Part shown: positions 18,143-27,187 of the stretch, in pieces
Layout: every line of letters begins with the position of its first letter
How positions within the stretch are numbered: the first letter of the stretch is position 1
IMG/VR virus record: IMGVR_UViG_3300027835_000492
Span: 1-29,803 of that record
Strand: one strand, 5' to 3'
Length of the DNA stretch: 29,803 nt
From: a virus
Taxonomy: Duplodnaviria > Caudoviricetes
Notes under the pieces: generated by a model
Seen by the model: the letters and a program-made list of their open reading frames with translations, nothing else
Database searches by the model: none
What the model was told of the DNA's origin: nothing
Program-made: the position numbers and the translations under genes

Positions 18143-19321
18143 TTATGTTGCAGATGTTGCTAACACACCAAACGCTTTGGATGGATTGGATAGCTGAACA
18201 TCAACTAATCCCCAGATTTTCAGAGCAACCATGTTCTGTTGGAACAGATTGATAAGAGTCGTACCATCTGTGTCGGTGATTGTCGCCTGATCTGAAATCT
18301 CCATAGTGTATTCCATCGCATCGCCATGAATTATGTTTTCATAATCCACGAGTGCTAAGAATTTCTTGCCAGCTTGTGAGCCGTCAGACACTTTCGGCAT
18401 TACTGCGCTAGTGTCATATGGATGATCCCAAAGGGAAGGCGGTGTATCAACACCATACCCTGGCAACAAGAACCCTTGCGGCTGGTTTGGAGTACCATTG
18501 ATGATACTTCTTTGTCGTCTCAAAACGTTTAATACCGATCTGGACATAATCCATCTCAGCGTATTTGCGTCAGAACTGACAAAGTTTTCATCAAGAAGGT
18601 TCTCAACGTCTAACAGATTTTCAGCACTAACGCTGCTGTAAGCCGTATTACCAGTACCTAAGGTAAATATAGGAACATTGGTATTTTGGAAAATACCCTC
18701 TCCTGAACCAAGTCCCAAAAGTCCCCATTGGTCTTCAAGTTTTGCAATCGCCTTACCGGCAAGATAAGTAATTGCATCAACCAGATTTGCAGTACTATTC
18801 TGCAATAACACTTTGGAGACAGGTACAATGACACCTACCGTTTTTGCTCGGAGATTTACTGTTCCGGTCGTTGGTTGAGATGATGTAATAGCAGCAGTAT
18901 CACCCGCCAAACGATATGCAGTAAGCGTTGTCATTGTTGGGATGTTCTCGTTGATTCCCTGCATCGGCCACTTGTACGCATATTTACGGATTAAGCCGTA
19001 GTTTTGCGCCTGGGTGACGATTTGATCAGAGACATACGTTGGCACAAGCTCTGAACCACTGGTCGATGAACCAGCAGAAAGAGCTTTCGTGTTGCCGTTT
19101 GCTACCAACTGTTTTAGATATTCCGCAGCATCCTTTTTCTTTTCTTCAAGTTCTGCTTTTTCAGATGGTGACCCATCTCCAAAAATGTTTTTGCGGAGAG
19201 GCTGCTCAGCTTTCATTTTCTCAATCACGGCATCAACCGCTTTTGGTGTGAGCGCCTCTACTATGGTTTCCATAGCTTTCTTGTCTTCTTCGCTTTGTTT
19301 TTTCAATTCTTCTTCAGTCAT
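18143..19321 (-). CDS. Major capsid protein (HK97 fold)
   Basis: GSELVP..VSDQIV, VSKVLLQNS, WIMS, NLFQQNMVALK motifs. Start moved to ATG 19321, downstream of the AAAGGGGGTGA SD. Confidence 0.93.
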   Translation of the reverse strand: MTEEELKKQSEEDKKAMETIVEALTPKAVDAVIEKMKAEQPLRKNIFGDGSPSEKAELEEKKKDAAEYLKQLVANGNTKALSAGSSTSGSELVPTYVSDQIVTQAQNYGLIRKYAYKWPMQGINENIPTMTTLTAYRLAGDTAAITSSQPTTGTVNLRAKTVGVIVPVSKVLLQNSTANLVDAITYLAGKAIAKLEDQWGLLGLGSGEGIFQNTNVPIFTLGTGNTAYSSVSAENLLDVENLLDENFVSSDANTLRWIMSRSVLNVLRRQRSIINGTPNQPQGFLLPGYGVDTPPSLWDHPYDTSAVMPKVSDGSQAGKKFLALVDYENIIHGDAMEYTMEISDQATITDTDGTTLINLFQQNMVALKIWGLVDVQLSNPSKAFGVLATSAT

Positions 19322-20771
19322 TATTTTCACCCCCTTTCTCTTTTTCACTCACAATTGTTTTTAATAATCGGAGTGTCAAATCCTGTTTTTGATTGTTTGT
19401 CCTGAGTGAATTGGCTAGCTTCTGAAAGAATGCGCCGGAGGTGGCGGCGCTTTTCCCATCGTCTTTTTCATCATTATCTGATTGCTCATCAGAAGCCACA
19501 GATGAAAGTACTGTTTTTACCTGCTCTGCTGCTTTGTCCATATGGTTGCAGGCATCCTGCAGCAATCCCTCGTGTTTCGCAGAAATGGTCCGTCCTGTTT
19601 TAAGAACAATAGATTTTTTACCTAGCTCTACCTGTTCTTTTGTAACGTCCAGAACAAGCGCTAATGCTTGAGTAAGCTTATCTATTGAATCTTGAGAAAC
19701 ATTATTGTCTTTGAAGTAGGAAATGAAGTAATTTAAACAATCGAGTACATAAGAAAGCACAAGCACCTCATCTACATTTTTTTGCTCAATATGCTCTACT
19801 TGTTTTGTTTCATCGTCATCATCGCCAGACTCTAATACATCTTCAATAATGTCTTTAAGGTCGCCGACTGTTAAATCAGTTACTTTGGTCTCATCTGTAT
19901 ATGGTTCTGTCTCATCATCTTCTGCTTTAAGTGTTTTGAAATCCGGTACATCTTTTTCAAACTCTTTATAATGCTTTGCCAAGTGGTTATATACACCCTT
20001 TCTGTCGCCATCTGGAATATCAACTCCGCCTTGCGCGCCAAGCAAAGCACCCATTGCAGCTGCGACTCCATGCCAAATGACTGCATGATCACCATCAGCT
20101 TTGTGATGAGGCAGTTTATAAGCACCTTTATTGTCAGCATCGTTTGAATCAAACCATGCACACATAATTTTTAAGTCTTCAACTGTTGCCGCTTTTACTT
20201 CCTCGCCCGCGTCCCATGCTTCATCTTCCGGAGCTTTTGGTGTTTCTTTATAGGGAATAACGCCTTTTTCTAATACCGCATCTACATTGATGCCTTTACT
20301 TCTCATAACAGTAAGCGCTTCAGGATTATCTGGCACTGGAACTGAGGAAAATTCAAATAATTCCCATGATTTGAAGTTGTAGCCACCCTGTTCGTTTTCT
20401 TCATAATCAAGCGGCATAAAACCAATAGACCAGGCATTTAAAAACCCGTCTTTGTACATTTTGTAAATCGTATCTGCTTTATCATACGTACCTTCGTCAG
20501 GAAACTGCACTGTCGCTAAAATGCCTGTGTCTTGCACTTTAAGTCCTAAGCATTTTGCGATTGGCATGTCAGCATAGTTATGTGCAAACATAACAACAGG
20601 GTTTTTAAGGAAGTTATCAGCAAGCATTCCGTTTGGCTGTACAGTATCTTTTGATCTGTCAGGTGTTGGAGTAGATATTTTGACAACAAGAGTACGAGGT
20701 TCGCTATCAGCTACCTTTGTTTCTATCGCTGCAAAGTTTTTAAATATTTTCTGATTTCGTAAATCTTTCAT
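19314..20771 (-). CDS. HK97-family prohead protease with extra C-terminal domains
   Basis: NPVVMFAHN, AWSIGF, ELFEFSSVPVPDNPEAL; followed by a YKLPHH...HLAKHY domain and an acidic scaffold-like tail. Confidence 0.9.
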   Translation of the reverse strand: MKDLRNQKIFKNFAAIETKVADSEPRTLVVKISTPTPDRSKDTVQPNGMLADNFLKNPVVMFAHNYADMPIAKCLGLKVQDTGILATVQFPDEGTYDKADTIYKMYKDGFLNAWSIGFMPLDYEENEQGGYNFKSWELFEFSSVPVPDNPEALTVMRSKGINVDAVLEKGVIPYKETPKAPEDEAWDAGEEVKAATVEDLKIMCAWFDSNDADNKGAYKLPHHKADGDHAVIWHGVAAAMGALLGAQGGVDIPDGDRKGVYNHLAKHYKEFEKDVPDFKTLKAEDDETEPYTDETKVTDLTVGDLKDIIEDVLESGDDDDETKQVEHIEQKNVDEVLVLSYVLDCLNYFISYFKDNNVSQDSIDKLTQALALVLDVTKEQVELGKKSIVLKTGRTISAKHEGLLQDACNHMDKAAEQVKTVLSSVASDEQSDNDEKDDGKSAATSGAFFQKLANSLRTNNQKQDLTLRLLKTIVSEKEKGGENND

Positions 20772-20786
20772 ATCTGTGTATGTCCA

Positions 20787-20818
20787 ATTTTATTGAGATT
20801 TATCTATTTCCTTATACA
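20787..20818 (-). promoter_or_regulatory. Late-type promoter copy upstream of the protease/capsid genes
   Basis: TGTATAAG-N18-TAAAAT. Confidence 0.85.
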
Positions 20819-20824
20819 TTTTGC

Positions 20825-22870
20825 TTATTCGCTATTGTCGTCTCCGGTAACCGGCTGCAAAGCGCATTCACAATTTGGATGGGCAGGCGGAGCATCATCA
20901 CCACTACTAAATGTATCATCAAGACCAATGACACCATCATCAACATTTGCAGGACAAATATTGCTTTCACAAGTTCCACCATCAAATAACCACTCTTTGC
21001 CGGTAACAACCCCCGATTGTCTATATCCTTCTAAGTTGCCTTGAGCATACGCATCAATTGTTTCAGTACGTGCCAATCTATCAGCTCTGTAATCACTTTG
21101 ATCATCAAAGAATGAATCTATTACATTCGAGATAACATCTACAGATTGTCCCTGCTCGACAGCTTCTTGAACCTGCAGGGCAATATCTTCCTTCATGGTG
21201 TCGGTATAACTATTTGAGTTTTCTAAAGCATGCTGGCTGAGATAATCCAAAGCTCGCGGATTTTGCAGATCAAACACAACATCGCTATTAACTTCAGCAA
21301 GCGCATCTTTGCCAGACTGCTCCATAACCTTGCTCATACCTTCTTTTGTGGCACTGAAGACCAAGCCAACCCAATCGTTATAATTGCTAAATAGTATCCT
21401 TACCAAGTCATTTGTCGCCTCATCTTTCTGTCTTTTTAATTTCCTTATTGCGACCTTTGCATCTTTTTTATGCAGATTTTTTAAAAGCATCGACTTAAGA
21501 GTTTCATTCAAGTCAGTGAAAGTTTTATAAGATGCTGCAACTTGTCCGGAAATATAGCTATTTCTTTTGGCAGCAGTCTTTTTGACATTGACGTAGATTT
21601 TTCTTTTTGGCTTAAATAACTTTTTGAGTTTTCGACTTCGTGTTTTTGGGTCAGCTTCCGGTGCTGGACCTTCTGGTTGATCTGATCCCATAATTGGCTG
21701 CATAAGAGTTGGAATATATAAATCATCCCCGCCCTCAACTGGTTCTTTGCCAATTTCTGCACGGGCTTCATTTGGCGTCATGTAGTAGTTTTTGATGCCG
21801 CTTTCACGAACTGCAATTTGTTGTTCAATGTTTTCCGGCACTGGATCAACGAATGTAAATCGCCACTCCTGAGGATTAAGGTTCATAAAGGGGAGATAAA
21901 ATTCATTCAGCTTTGTAACAAAGAATTTCATTTTAGGCTTGATGACATACTTTGCAAATACATATTCAGTCGCTTGAGCGCTTGCAAAATTCACATCTTC
22001 AGAAATTCCAAGAATTGTTTTTGGCACTCGAAAAATAGCAAGTATTTCATCTCTTATATCTTTACGGCCATCATTAAACTGCATATCTCTAGCTGTTTGG
22101 CCAACCAGTGTATATTTCAAATTTCCCTCAAGAATTGCGAGCTTGTTTGAATTTTGGACTCCTTTAAACTTTGCATCCCAGTTTGCTTTTATACGGTCAT
22201 ATGCCTCTTGATTCAGTGTTCCTTCTGAAGAAAGAATTGCGCTTGGTATAGCGCTGTTGCCAAAAAAGTTTCGCTGCCATTCGCTAGCATAAGTATCTGT
22301 ATCAATAGCTAGTGCTGCTGCTTCTACAGTTCCCATGCCTCGATAGGGATTAAGTGGATGAAAACGTTTAAAATGGATTACTTCCTCAGGCTCAAGCGGC
22401 ACTTTTTCACCGATTTCATTCATGAAAACATAGCCAGATATGAATTCCTTTTTCGACTTAACAACTTGCACTCTTGTAGGATCGAGTTGCCAGATTTCTG
22501 CAACCTTGCCATTAGAGGATCGCGGCAAGTACCAAAAGCTGTTGCCATGCAGTTCTTGATAGGCAGCATACCCATAGACCAATTCATAAAAGCTTTGAAA
22601 GTCATTGACATGATGAATGAGATCGAGAGCAGGACTAGAACCTGTTGGCGCTAAATCCTGCCAGCCGTCTTTAGTTTTCTGCTGAAGTTTTAATTCAATA
22701 TCCGCCAGTCGCTCAGCAATGGCATTAGTACATGCAAATACCCAGCCTCGATATGCCTTCAAGAACTCTCTTTCACCCATTCTAGGCATAGATGAAGGAC
22801 TGAAGAAACTAAAAATAGCTGGGTTTGCTTGTTTCTGAAATAAATTTAAAAATTTTCCAACAAATGACAT
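20825..22870 (-). CDS. HK97-family portal protein fused to a MuF / SPP1 gp7-like minor head domain
   Basis: HGNSFW, EVIHFK, FRVPKTILG, MTPNEAR (portal); RLARTET, KEWL, PPAHPNCEC (MuF). Start moved to ATG 22870. Confidence 0.92.
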   Translation of the reverse strand: MSFVGKFLNLFQKQANPAIFSFFSPSSMPRMGEREFLKAYRGWVFACTNAIAERLADIELKLQQKTKDGWQDLAPTGSSPALDLIHHVNDFQSFYELVYGYAAYQELHGNSFWYLPRSSNGKVAEIWQLDPTRVQVVKSKKEFISGYVFMNEIGEKVPLEPEEVIHFKRFHPLNPYRGMGTVEAAALAIDTDTYASEWQRNFFGNSAIPSAILSSEGTLNQEAYDRIKANWDAKFKGVQNSNKLAILEGNLKYTLVGQTARDMQFNDGRKDIRDEILAIFRVPKTILGISEDVNFASAQATEYVFAKYVIKPKMKFFVTKLNEFYLPFMNLNPQEWRFTFVDPVPENIEQQIAVRESGIKNYYMTPNEARAEIGKEPVEGGDDLYIPTLMQPIMGSDQPEGPAPEADPKTRSRKLKKLFKPKRKIYVNVKKTAAKRNSYISGQVAASYKTFTDLNETLKSMLLKNLHKKDAKVAIRKLKRQKDEATNDLVRILFSNYNDWVGLVFSATKEGMSKVMEQSGKDALAEVNSDVVFDLQNPRALDYLSQHALENSNSYTDTMKEDIALQVQEAVEQGQSVDVISNVIDSFFDDQSDYRADRLARTETIDAYAQGNLEGYRQSGVVTGKEWLFDGGTCESNICPANVDDGVIGLDDTFSSGDDAPPAHPNCECALQPVTGDDNSE

Positions 22871-22881
22871 AGCTTTAGTCA

Positions 22882-22913
22882 ATTTTATTAATAAAGCTAT
22901 GTTTTCTTATACA
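22882..22913 (-). promoter_or_regulatory. Late-type promoter copy upstream of the portal gene
   Basis: TGTATAAG-N18-TAAAAT. Confidence 0.85.
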
Positions 22914-22922
22914 AAAAGGGGG

Positions 22923-23579
22923 TTAGTTTGAATTTATTCCGTTAAAGAGAACTTGAGCAATTTGCTGTTGTCTTGTTTCACCGGAAATTAATAAAGAATA
23001 TTCTGCATCAGATGAAATAAAAACTGTCTCTGCTAGAGTTGCCGGCATATTAGCTTTTATAAGTACTCCATCTGCAAAGTTAGTAATACCATTGTTGGTA
23101 ATTGTGCCAGTACCGGTTGCATTACTAAGCTGTGCCATAGCATTGTTTATTTTTTGCGCCCATGCTTTATCTTTAGCTGGTTTCCCATATAATCCTTCTG
23201 TATAATCAATAGCATGGTTGGTCGAACCATTTAAATGAATTGACACTAGGTAATTTGCATTGGCATTGTTACAAATTGTTGCGCGGTCAGAATTGCTAAG
23301 AGTAGTAGTTGACGTCAAATTATCTATCCTTGTCATTACCACATTGTAGTGAGCATTTGTTAAAAGGGTTTGTAATTTAATAGCAATATCCAATGTTTCT
23401 TGAGCTTCAGTAAGGTTGCCATAAGTTGCACCAGTGTCTGCACCGCCATGTCCGGCATCAATACAAATAATTACTGGCGATGGCGTAGGTGTTGGAGTTG
23501 GCTGAGGCTTGCCGTTAGCAAATACGGTGGCAGGAAACAATAGGAAAAGAGAGAAAATGAAAACGCTTAGCTTTTTCAT
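22923..23579 (-). CDS. Secreted N-acetylmuramoyl-L-alanine amidase (Amidase_3)
   Basis: Sec signal peptide (MKKLSVFIFSLFLLFPATVFA), PT linker, IDAGHGG, E, SIHLN and ETVFIS motifs. Confidence 0.9.
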   Translation of the reverse strand: MKKLSVFIFSLFLLFPATVFANGKPQPTPTPTPSPVIICIDAGHGGADTGATYGNLTEAQETLDIAIKLQTLLTNAHYNVVMTRIDNLTSTTTLSNSDRATICNNANANYLVSIHLNGSTNHAIDYTEGLYGKPAKDKAWAQKINNAMAQLSNATGTGTITNNGITNFADGVLIKANMPATLAETVFISSDAEYSLLISGETRQQQIAQVLFNGINSN

Positions 23580-23590
23580 GTCTTAATTTT

Positions 23591-23619
23591 ATTATGTCTG
23601 AGTTCTTAATGCATGTCAA
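23591..23619 (-). promoter_or_regulatory. Canonical sigma70 promoter of the amidase
   Basis: TTGACA-N17-CATAAT, 11 nt before ATG. Confidence 0.8.
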
Positions 23620-23622
23620 CGC

Positions 23623-25026
23623 TTAAAGCAACCGGATATTCGGCTGGGGTTTTGGAGCAGAAAAGGTAAGCATAAATGCTTCTGCAAAGTCCGGTGATTT
23701 CCCAGTGCGTTGTTTTAATTCTTGTTTAGGTTCAATTTGAAGAACTTTATCTGTTGAAACTTTATATTTTATCCACGTTAGCTGATGCCACTCATTGCGT
23801 TTCAATATTTTGCCACCAGCTTTAACCCACTGCTGAGCAAGCCAGTAATTTTCAGCTTTTTTATTTTTGTACTTCGATTTATCCTGAGGACTTTCACCGA
23901 CACTAATCCCATTGACGTTATAACCCATTTCAATAAGCCTATCGGTAACACCGCGACCAATACCAATATCGTCGATATAAACTTCTTCAGGTATAAGCAA
24001 TCTTTTTTTCTCGCCGTTTATAGTCAATGTGTATTCATCAATAAGCCTCACTACTTCATTAACATTTGTCATTGTATCGTTTGACCTGTTAGTAGTTTCT
24101 ACCCATGATTGCTCTCCTTGTCTAAAAGTAAATACGTTGTAGTCGCCACCGCCTCCAACATCGACACCAAGCTTTAAGCGTTTATTTTTATCAATTTGCA
24201 GTGTACCCACAAAAGCCGCTTCCAACTCTTCGGTAGTAATAAGCTGCCTATATCCTCTGGAATCAATTGTTTCTTCGTCCGGAAACTTACATTCATAGAA
24301 CACATCAAAAAATGCCTCACTTCGCATTTCCTCAATAAACTCAGGCGAATATCTGCCTTCTTGAAGCCCAATTTTATAGTCAATAAAAATCTTATTGTAA
24401 TTGTCATCATGCCAAGTTCTATAAAAATGGTTTCTATAAAATGGGTTTCCGATTTCAAGTAAGAAAGTATCTTTATACTTATAACCTCCAAGCATCCTTT
24501 TGACTGTCGCATATAATGGATCATCAATTAGCGAGCTTTCATCAAGAATAAGTCTGTTGCCGCCAAAGCCTAGTGCAGCTTCAATACTTCGCTTGCTGTT
24601 TCTTGCATCAAGTGTCAAAATTTGTACTCCGCCATTTCCTATAAATGTTAAGTGATTCCTGGATCGTTCGCGCCGTAATCTGTCTAATGTTACATTTGGC
24701 TCAAGCTCAAGACGGTCCAGAAATAATGAGCTGTCAAAGCAGTGATCAATTACATACTCCATGATAATTGAAGCTTTCTTTTCGGATGGTGCAAGTATGG
24801 TGAATCTGTCGCCTATTAACGCAGTCCTCATAAGGATAGCTAAAGCAACAGTTAAAGATTTTCCATACTGAGTTGGTGCTATGATCTGACAACGCGGATA
24901 TTGCTGACCAACTATTAAATTAAAGATTTTCTGCTGATTTGGAGAAAATACAGCAGGATTGCCATTGATTTTAAATAGTTTAGGAGTTTGTACTATTAGT
25001 TCTTCTATCTTTTGATAATTGCTCAT
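23623..25026 (-). CDS. terL: Terminase large subunit
   Basis: Walker A APTQYGKS, Walker B LILDES, nuclease LGVDVG, IDDIGIG, SPDFAEA. Confidence 0.92.
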   Translation of the reverse strand: MSNYQKIEELIVQTPKLFKINGNPAVFSPNQQKIFNLIVGQQYPRCQIIAPTQYGKSLTVALAILMRTALIGDRFTILAPSEKKASIIMEYVIDHCFDSSLFLDRLELEPNVTLDRLRRERSRNHLTFIGNGGVQILTLDARNSKRSIEAALGFGGNRLILDESSLIDDPLYATVKRMLGGYKYKDTFLLEIGNPFYRNHFYRTWHDDNYNKIFIDYKIGLQEGRYSPEFIEEMRSEAFFDVFYECKFPDEETIDSRGYRQLITTEELEAAFVGTLQIDKNKRLKLGVDVGGGGDYNVFTFRQGEQSWVETTNRSNDTMTNVNEVVRLIDEYTLTINGEKKRLLIPEEVYIDDIGIGRGVTDRLIEMGYNVNGISVGESPQDKSKYKNKKAENYWLAQQWVKAGGKILKRNEWHQLTWIKYKVSTDKVLQIEPKQELKQRTGKSPDFAEAFMLTFSAPKPQPNIRLL

Positions 25027-25468
25027 ATTCCTTTATTAAGTCTTTGAGAAACTGAACTTCCTCATTGTCGGCTTCGTTAATTACTTTCTGGACATTAAAT
25101 CCAACCATTTTAAGTAATGCTACTGATGCTCTCCAATTCTTTCTAGCAATTTCTGCTTTTAAAACTACGATTGCATCTGCGACACCCTGTTTAAGATGAA
25201 ATTCTGCTTCGTCAAAATCTTCAAGTGCCTCCTTAACAATCTGATCTTTTCTCCATTTATAAGCATTGTGATATTTACCGCTTACCATGAACCACTGCCG
25301 AAGCGTTCCTTCTTTTGCTTTTGCAACAGGTTCAAGTCTTTTATACTTCCATCCCTCTAGCCGTAAATCAACAATATTTCTCCCAAATTCATCCAGTAAG
25401 TCATAAGGATTTTGACTCCCTAACAAATTTTCACTGTGTTCGTTTTGTTCGTTTTGTTCGTCTGTCAT
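24980..25468 (-). CDS. terS: Putative terminase small subunit
   Basis: HTH-like N-terminal region plus helices; immediately upstream of and overlapping terL. Confidence 0.7.
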   Translation of the reverse strand: MTDEQNEQNEHSENLLGSQNPYDLLDEFGRNIVDLRLEGWKYKRLEPVAKAKEGTLRQWFMVSGKYHNAYKWRKDQIVKEALEDFDEAEFHLKQGVADAIVVLKAEIARKNWRASVALLKMVGFNVQKVINEADNEEVQFLKDLIKEYEQLSKDRRTNSTNS

Positions 25469-25473
25469 GCCTG

Positions 25474-25505
25474 ATTATATTATTCTTAACCATTGATAAT
25501 ATACA
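25474..25505 (-). promoter_or_regulatory. Late-type promoter copy embedded in the 3' end of the methyltransferase gene
   Basis: AAAA-TGTATATT-N18-TATAAT, 5 nt before ATG 25468. Confidence 0.75.
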
Positions 25506-26512
25506 TTTTGTGCCACCTGCGCCATCATAATTGGCGGTACGGACATACCAACAATATAGGGAACTTTCATACTAAGAAAGTTATAATCCAGCGGAAATGT
25601 GCTTCCTAAAATATATTCTTCAGAGCTGAGCATTCGCGGTTCTGTAAAAAGCATATTATGGTCACCGGCTATAATTGTCCTCAACACTTTATCGTTGTAG
25701 ATAAACCTGTGTGTAAACATGCTTCGTTTATTAAACTGTCGGGTGTTTACATCACTGAGAGTTAAATCTCCTCGTTTTCTTTTCTTCCAAAGCATTAACT
25801 CTTTGCCTGTTAATCGCTTTGCACCTGTTCCATCTGTTTTTATTTCGTAAAAGGGGATAGGTAATTCATTAAATGAAAGCTTCAGTTGCGGTAGTGTTAA
25901 ATCTTTTCTTTTCCCAATAATAAATATTCGCTCTCTTGCTTGTGGAACTCCCATTGTTGCAGCATTTAATAAAAATAGTTGAGCATTATATCCTGCTTCA
26001 CTAAACTTATTCATAATCTCCAACATGTATCCTTTGGCATTACCAAATAACAAACCTCTTACATTTTCAGCAATTATTGTTTTTGGTTGCAGTTTTTTTG
26101 CCAAATCTATAAACTCAAAAAATAAATCATCTAATGTTTGCTCTGCTTGTCCTTCTCGAAACTTCTTTTCTTTACCCCAAGCATCTTCTCGCTGTCCGGC
26201 AATGCTGAAAACAGAGCAGGGTGGAGAACCATCTAAAACGTCGAGCTTGTAAAATTCTTCTGGTAAATCTGTTCTATTTTTAAAAGTCCTAATATCCTCT
26301 AAATAGCTGTACTTAGGGTGATGATTTGCTTCGTAGAGTTTCATCATCTCCGGATCAATCTCATTGCAGCCGATTACGTCAAATCCAGCAAGTTTATAAC
26401 CCATTGAAGAACCGCCACCGCAGGAAAATGTTGTAAGAACTGTAGATTTATGAGCATCTTTTGGATACCCATCTTTTAAGAACCATCTGTAAGAAAACTT
26501 ATGCTGATTCAT
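25475..26512 (-). CDS. DNA (cytosine-5) methyltransferase, orphan
   Basis: Motif I FSCGGG, IV GSPPC, VI ENV, VIII QARER, X GMSVPP. Likely start is ATG 26512. Confidence 0.93.
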   Translation of the reverse strand: MNQHKFSYRWFLKDGYPKDAHKSTVLTTFSCGGGSSMGYKLAGFDVIGCNEIDPEMMKLYEANHHPKYSYLEDIRTFKNRTDLPEEFYKLDVLDGSPPCSVFSIAGQREDAWGKEKKFREGQAEQTLDDLFFEFIDLAKKLQPKTIIAENVRGLLFGNAKGYMLEIMNKFSEAGYNAQLFLLNAATMGVPQARERIFIIGKRKDLTLPQLKLSFNELPIPFYEIKTDGTGAKRLTGKELMLWKKRKRGDLTLSDVNTRQFNKRSMFTHRFIYNDKVLRTIIAGDHNMLFTEPRMLSSEEYILGSTFPLDYNFLSMKVPYIVGMSVPPIMMAQVAQNVYYQWLRII

Positions 26513-27002
26513 GCTTAAATTGAAAACCGCATCGCGGACATGTTGCATTTAAATCGCTGTCTAAATTATTTGAATCAACTTCCTTATTCTTACCATCAAA
26601 ATTTTCCTGAGTTTTACTAAACAAGTCATTTATAAGAATTGGCTCTAATGTATCCACTGCATATTCTGACCAATCAAGTGAAAATTCAGGTAGTAATCTT
26701 TCCAGCAATTCTTCATCATAAAAACCAGCCCTGTCATTGTCTGAAAAAGTGTATTCAAGCATTTCGTTATTATCTTTTGGCTTAACCACTGATACCCATA
26801 CTTTCTTAACTCCTAATTCCTTCAATGCTCGAAATCTCATGTTGCCGCCTAAAATAACACCTTCGGGAGTAATGATAAGCGGTTTATATTGTCCAAGTTT
26901 TTGAATTTGTTTTTTCAGCCGCGTCATTCCTTCCTCAGTAATATTTCGAGGATTCTTTTCAAATTCTTTTAATGTGTTTATTTCAACTAACTTTATTTCC
27001 AT
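26499..27002 (-). CDS. ParB/Srx N-terminal domain protein with a C-terminal CPxCG
   Basis: KNPR, KPLII, ILGGNMRFRALKELG, DN motifs. Likely start is MEIKL at 27002. Confidence 0.85.
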   Translation of the reverse strand: MEIKLVEINTLKEFEKNPRNITEEGMTRLKKQIQKLGQYKPLIITPEGVILGGNMRFRALKELGVKKVWVSVVKPKDNNEMLEYTFSDNDRAGFYDEELLERLLPEFSLDWSEYAVDTLEPILINDLFSKTQENFDGKNKEVDSNNLDSDLNATCPRCGFQFKHESA

Positions 27003-27180
27003 AGATTTCTTTATAAAACTCATTCAACCATGCATCCAGTAAAATAAGCTCTGGTCTAATATAGTCTGCTAGTACCAAATCCTTATACCATTTCATATAT
27101 ATCTGATTTGGCTTTTGAGCTGGATGAAGCAGAAAATATATATATACTAAATTTTTCTGTAATTCCATATCTCGTTTCAC
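26983..27180 (-). CDS. Hypothetical protein (65 aa or less)
   Basis: Fills the gap between neighbouring genes on the same strand. Confidence 0.45.
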   Translation of the reverse strand: MKRDMELQKNLVYIYFLLHPAQKPNQIYMKWYKDLVLADYIRPELILLDAWLNEFYKEIYGNKVS

Positions 27181-27187
27181 TGCTATA

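Noticed and set aside
19965-19995. TGTATATA inside the protease gene
   Set aside because: No -10 at the 18-nt spacing and no downstream start; likely chance.
25475-26512. Complete restriction-modification system
   Set aside because: No endonuclease is recognisable nearby; a ParB plus orphan methyltransferase before terS is a common phage arrangement.
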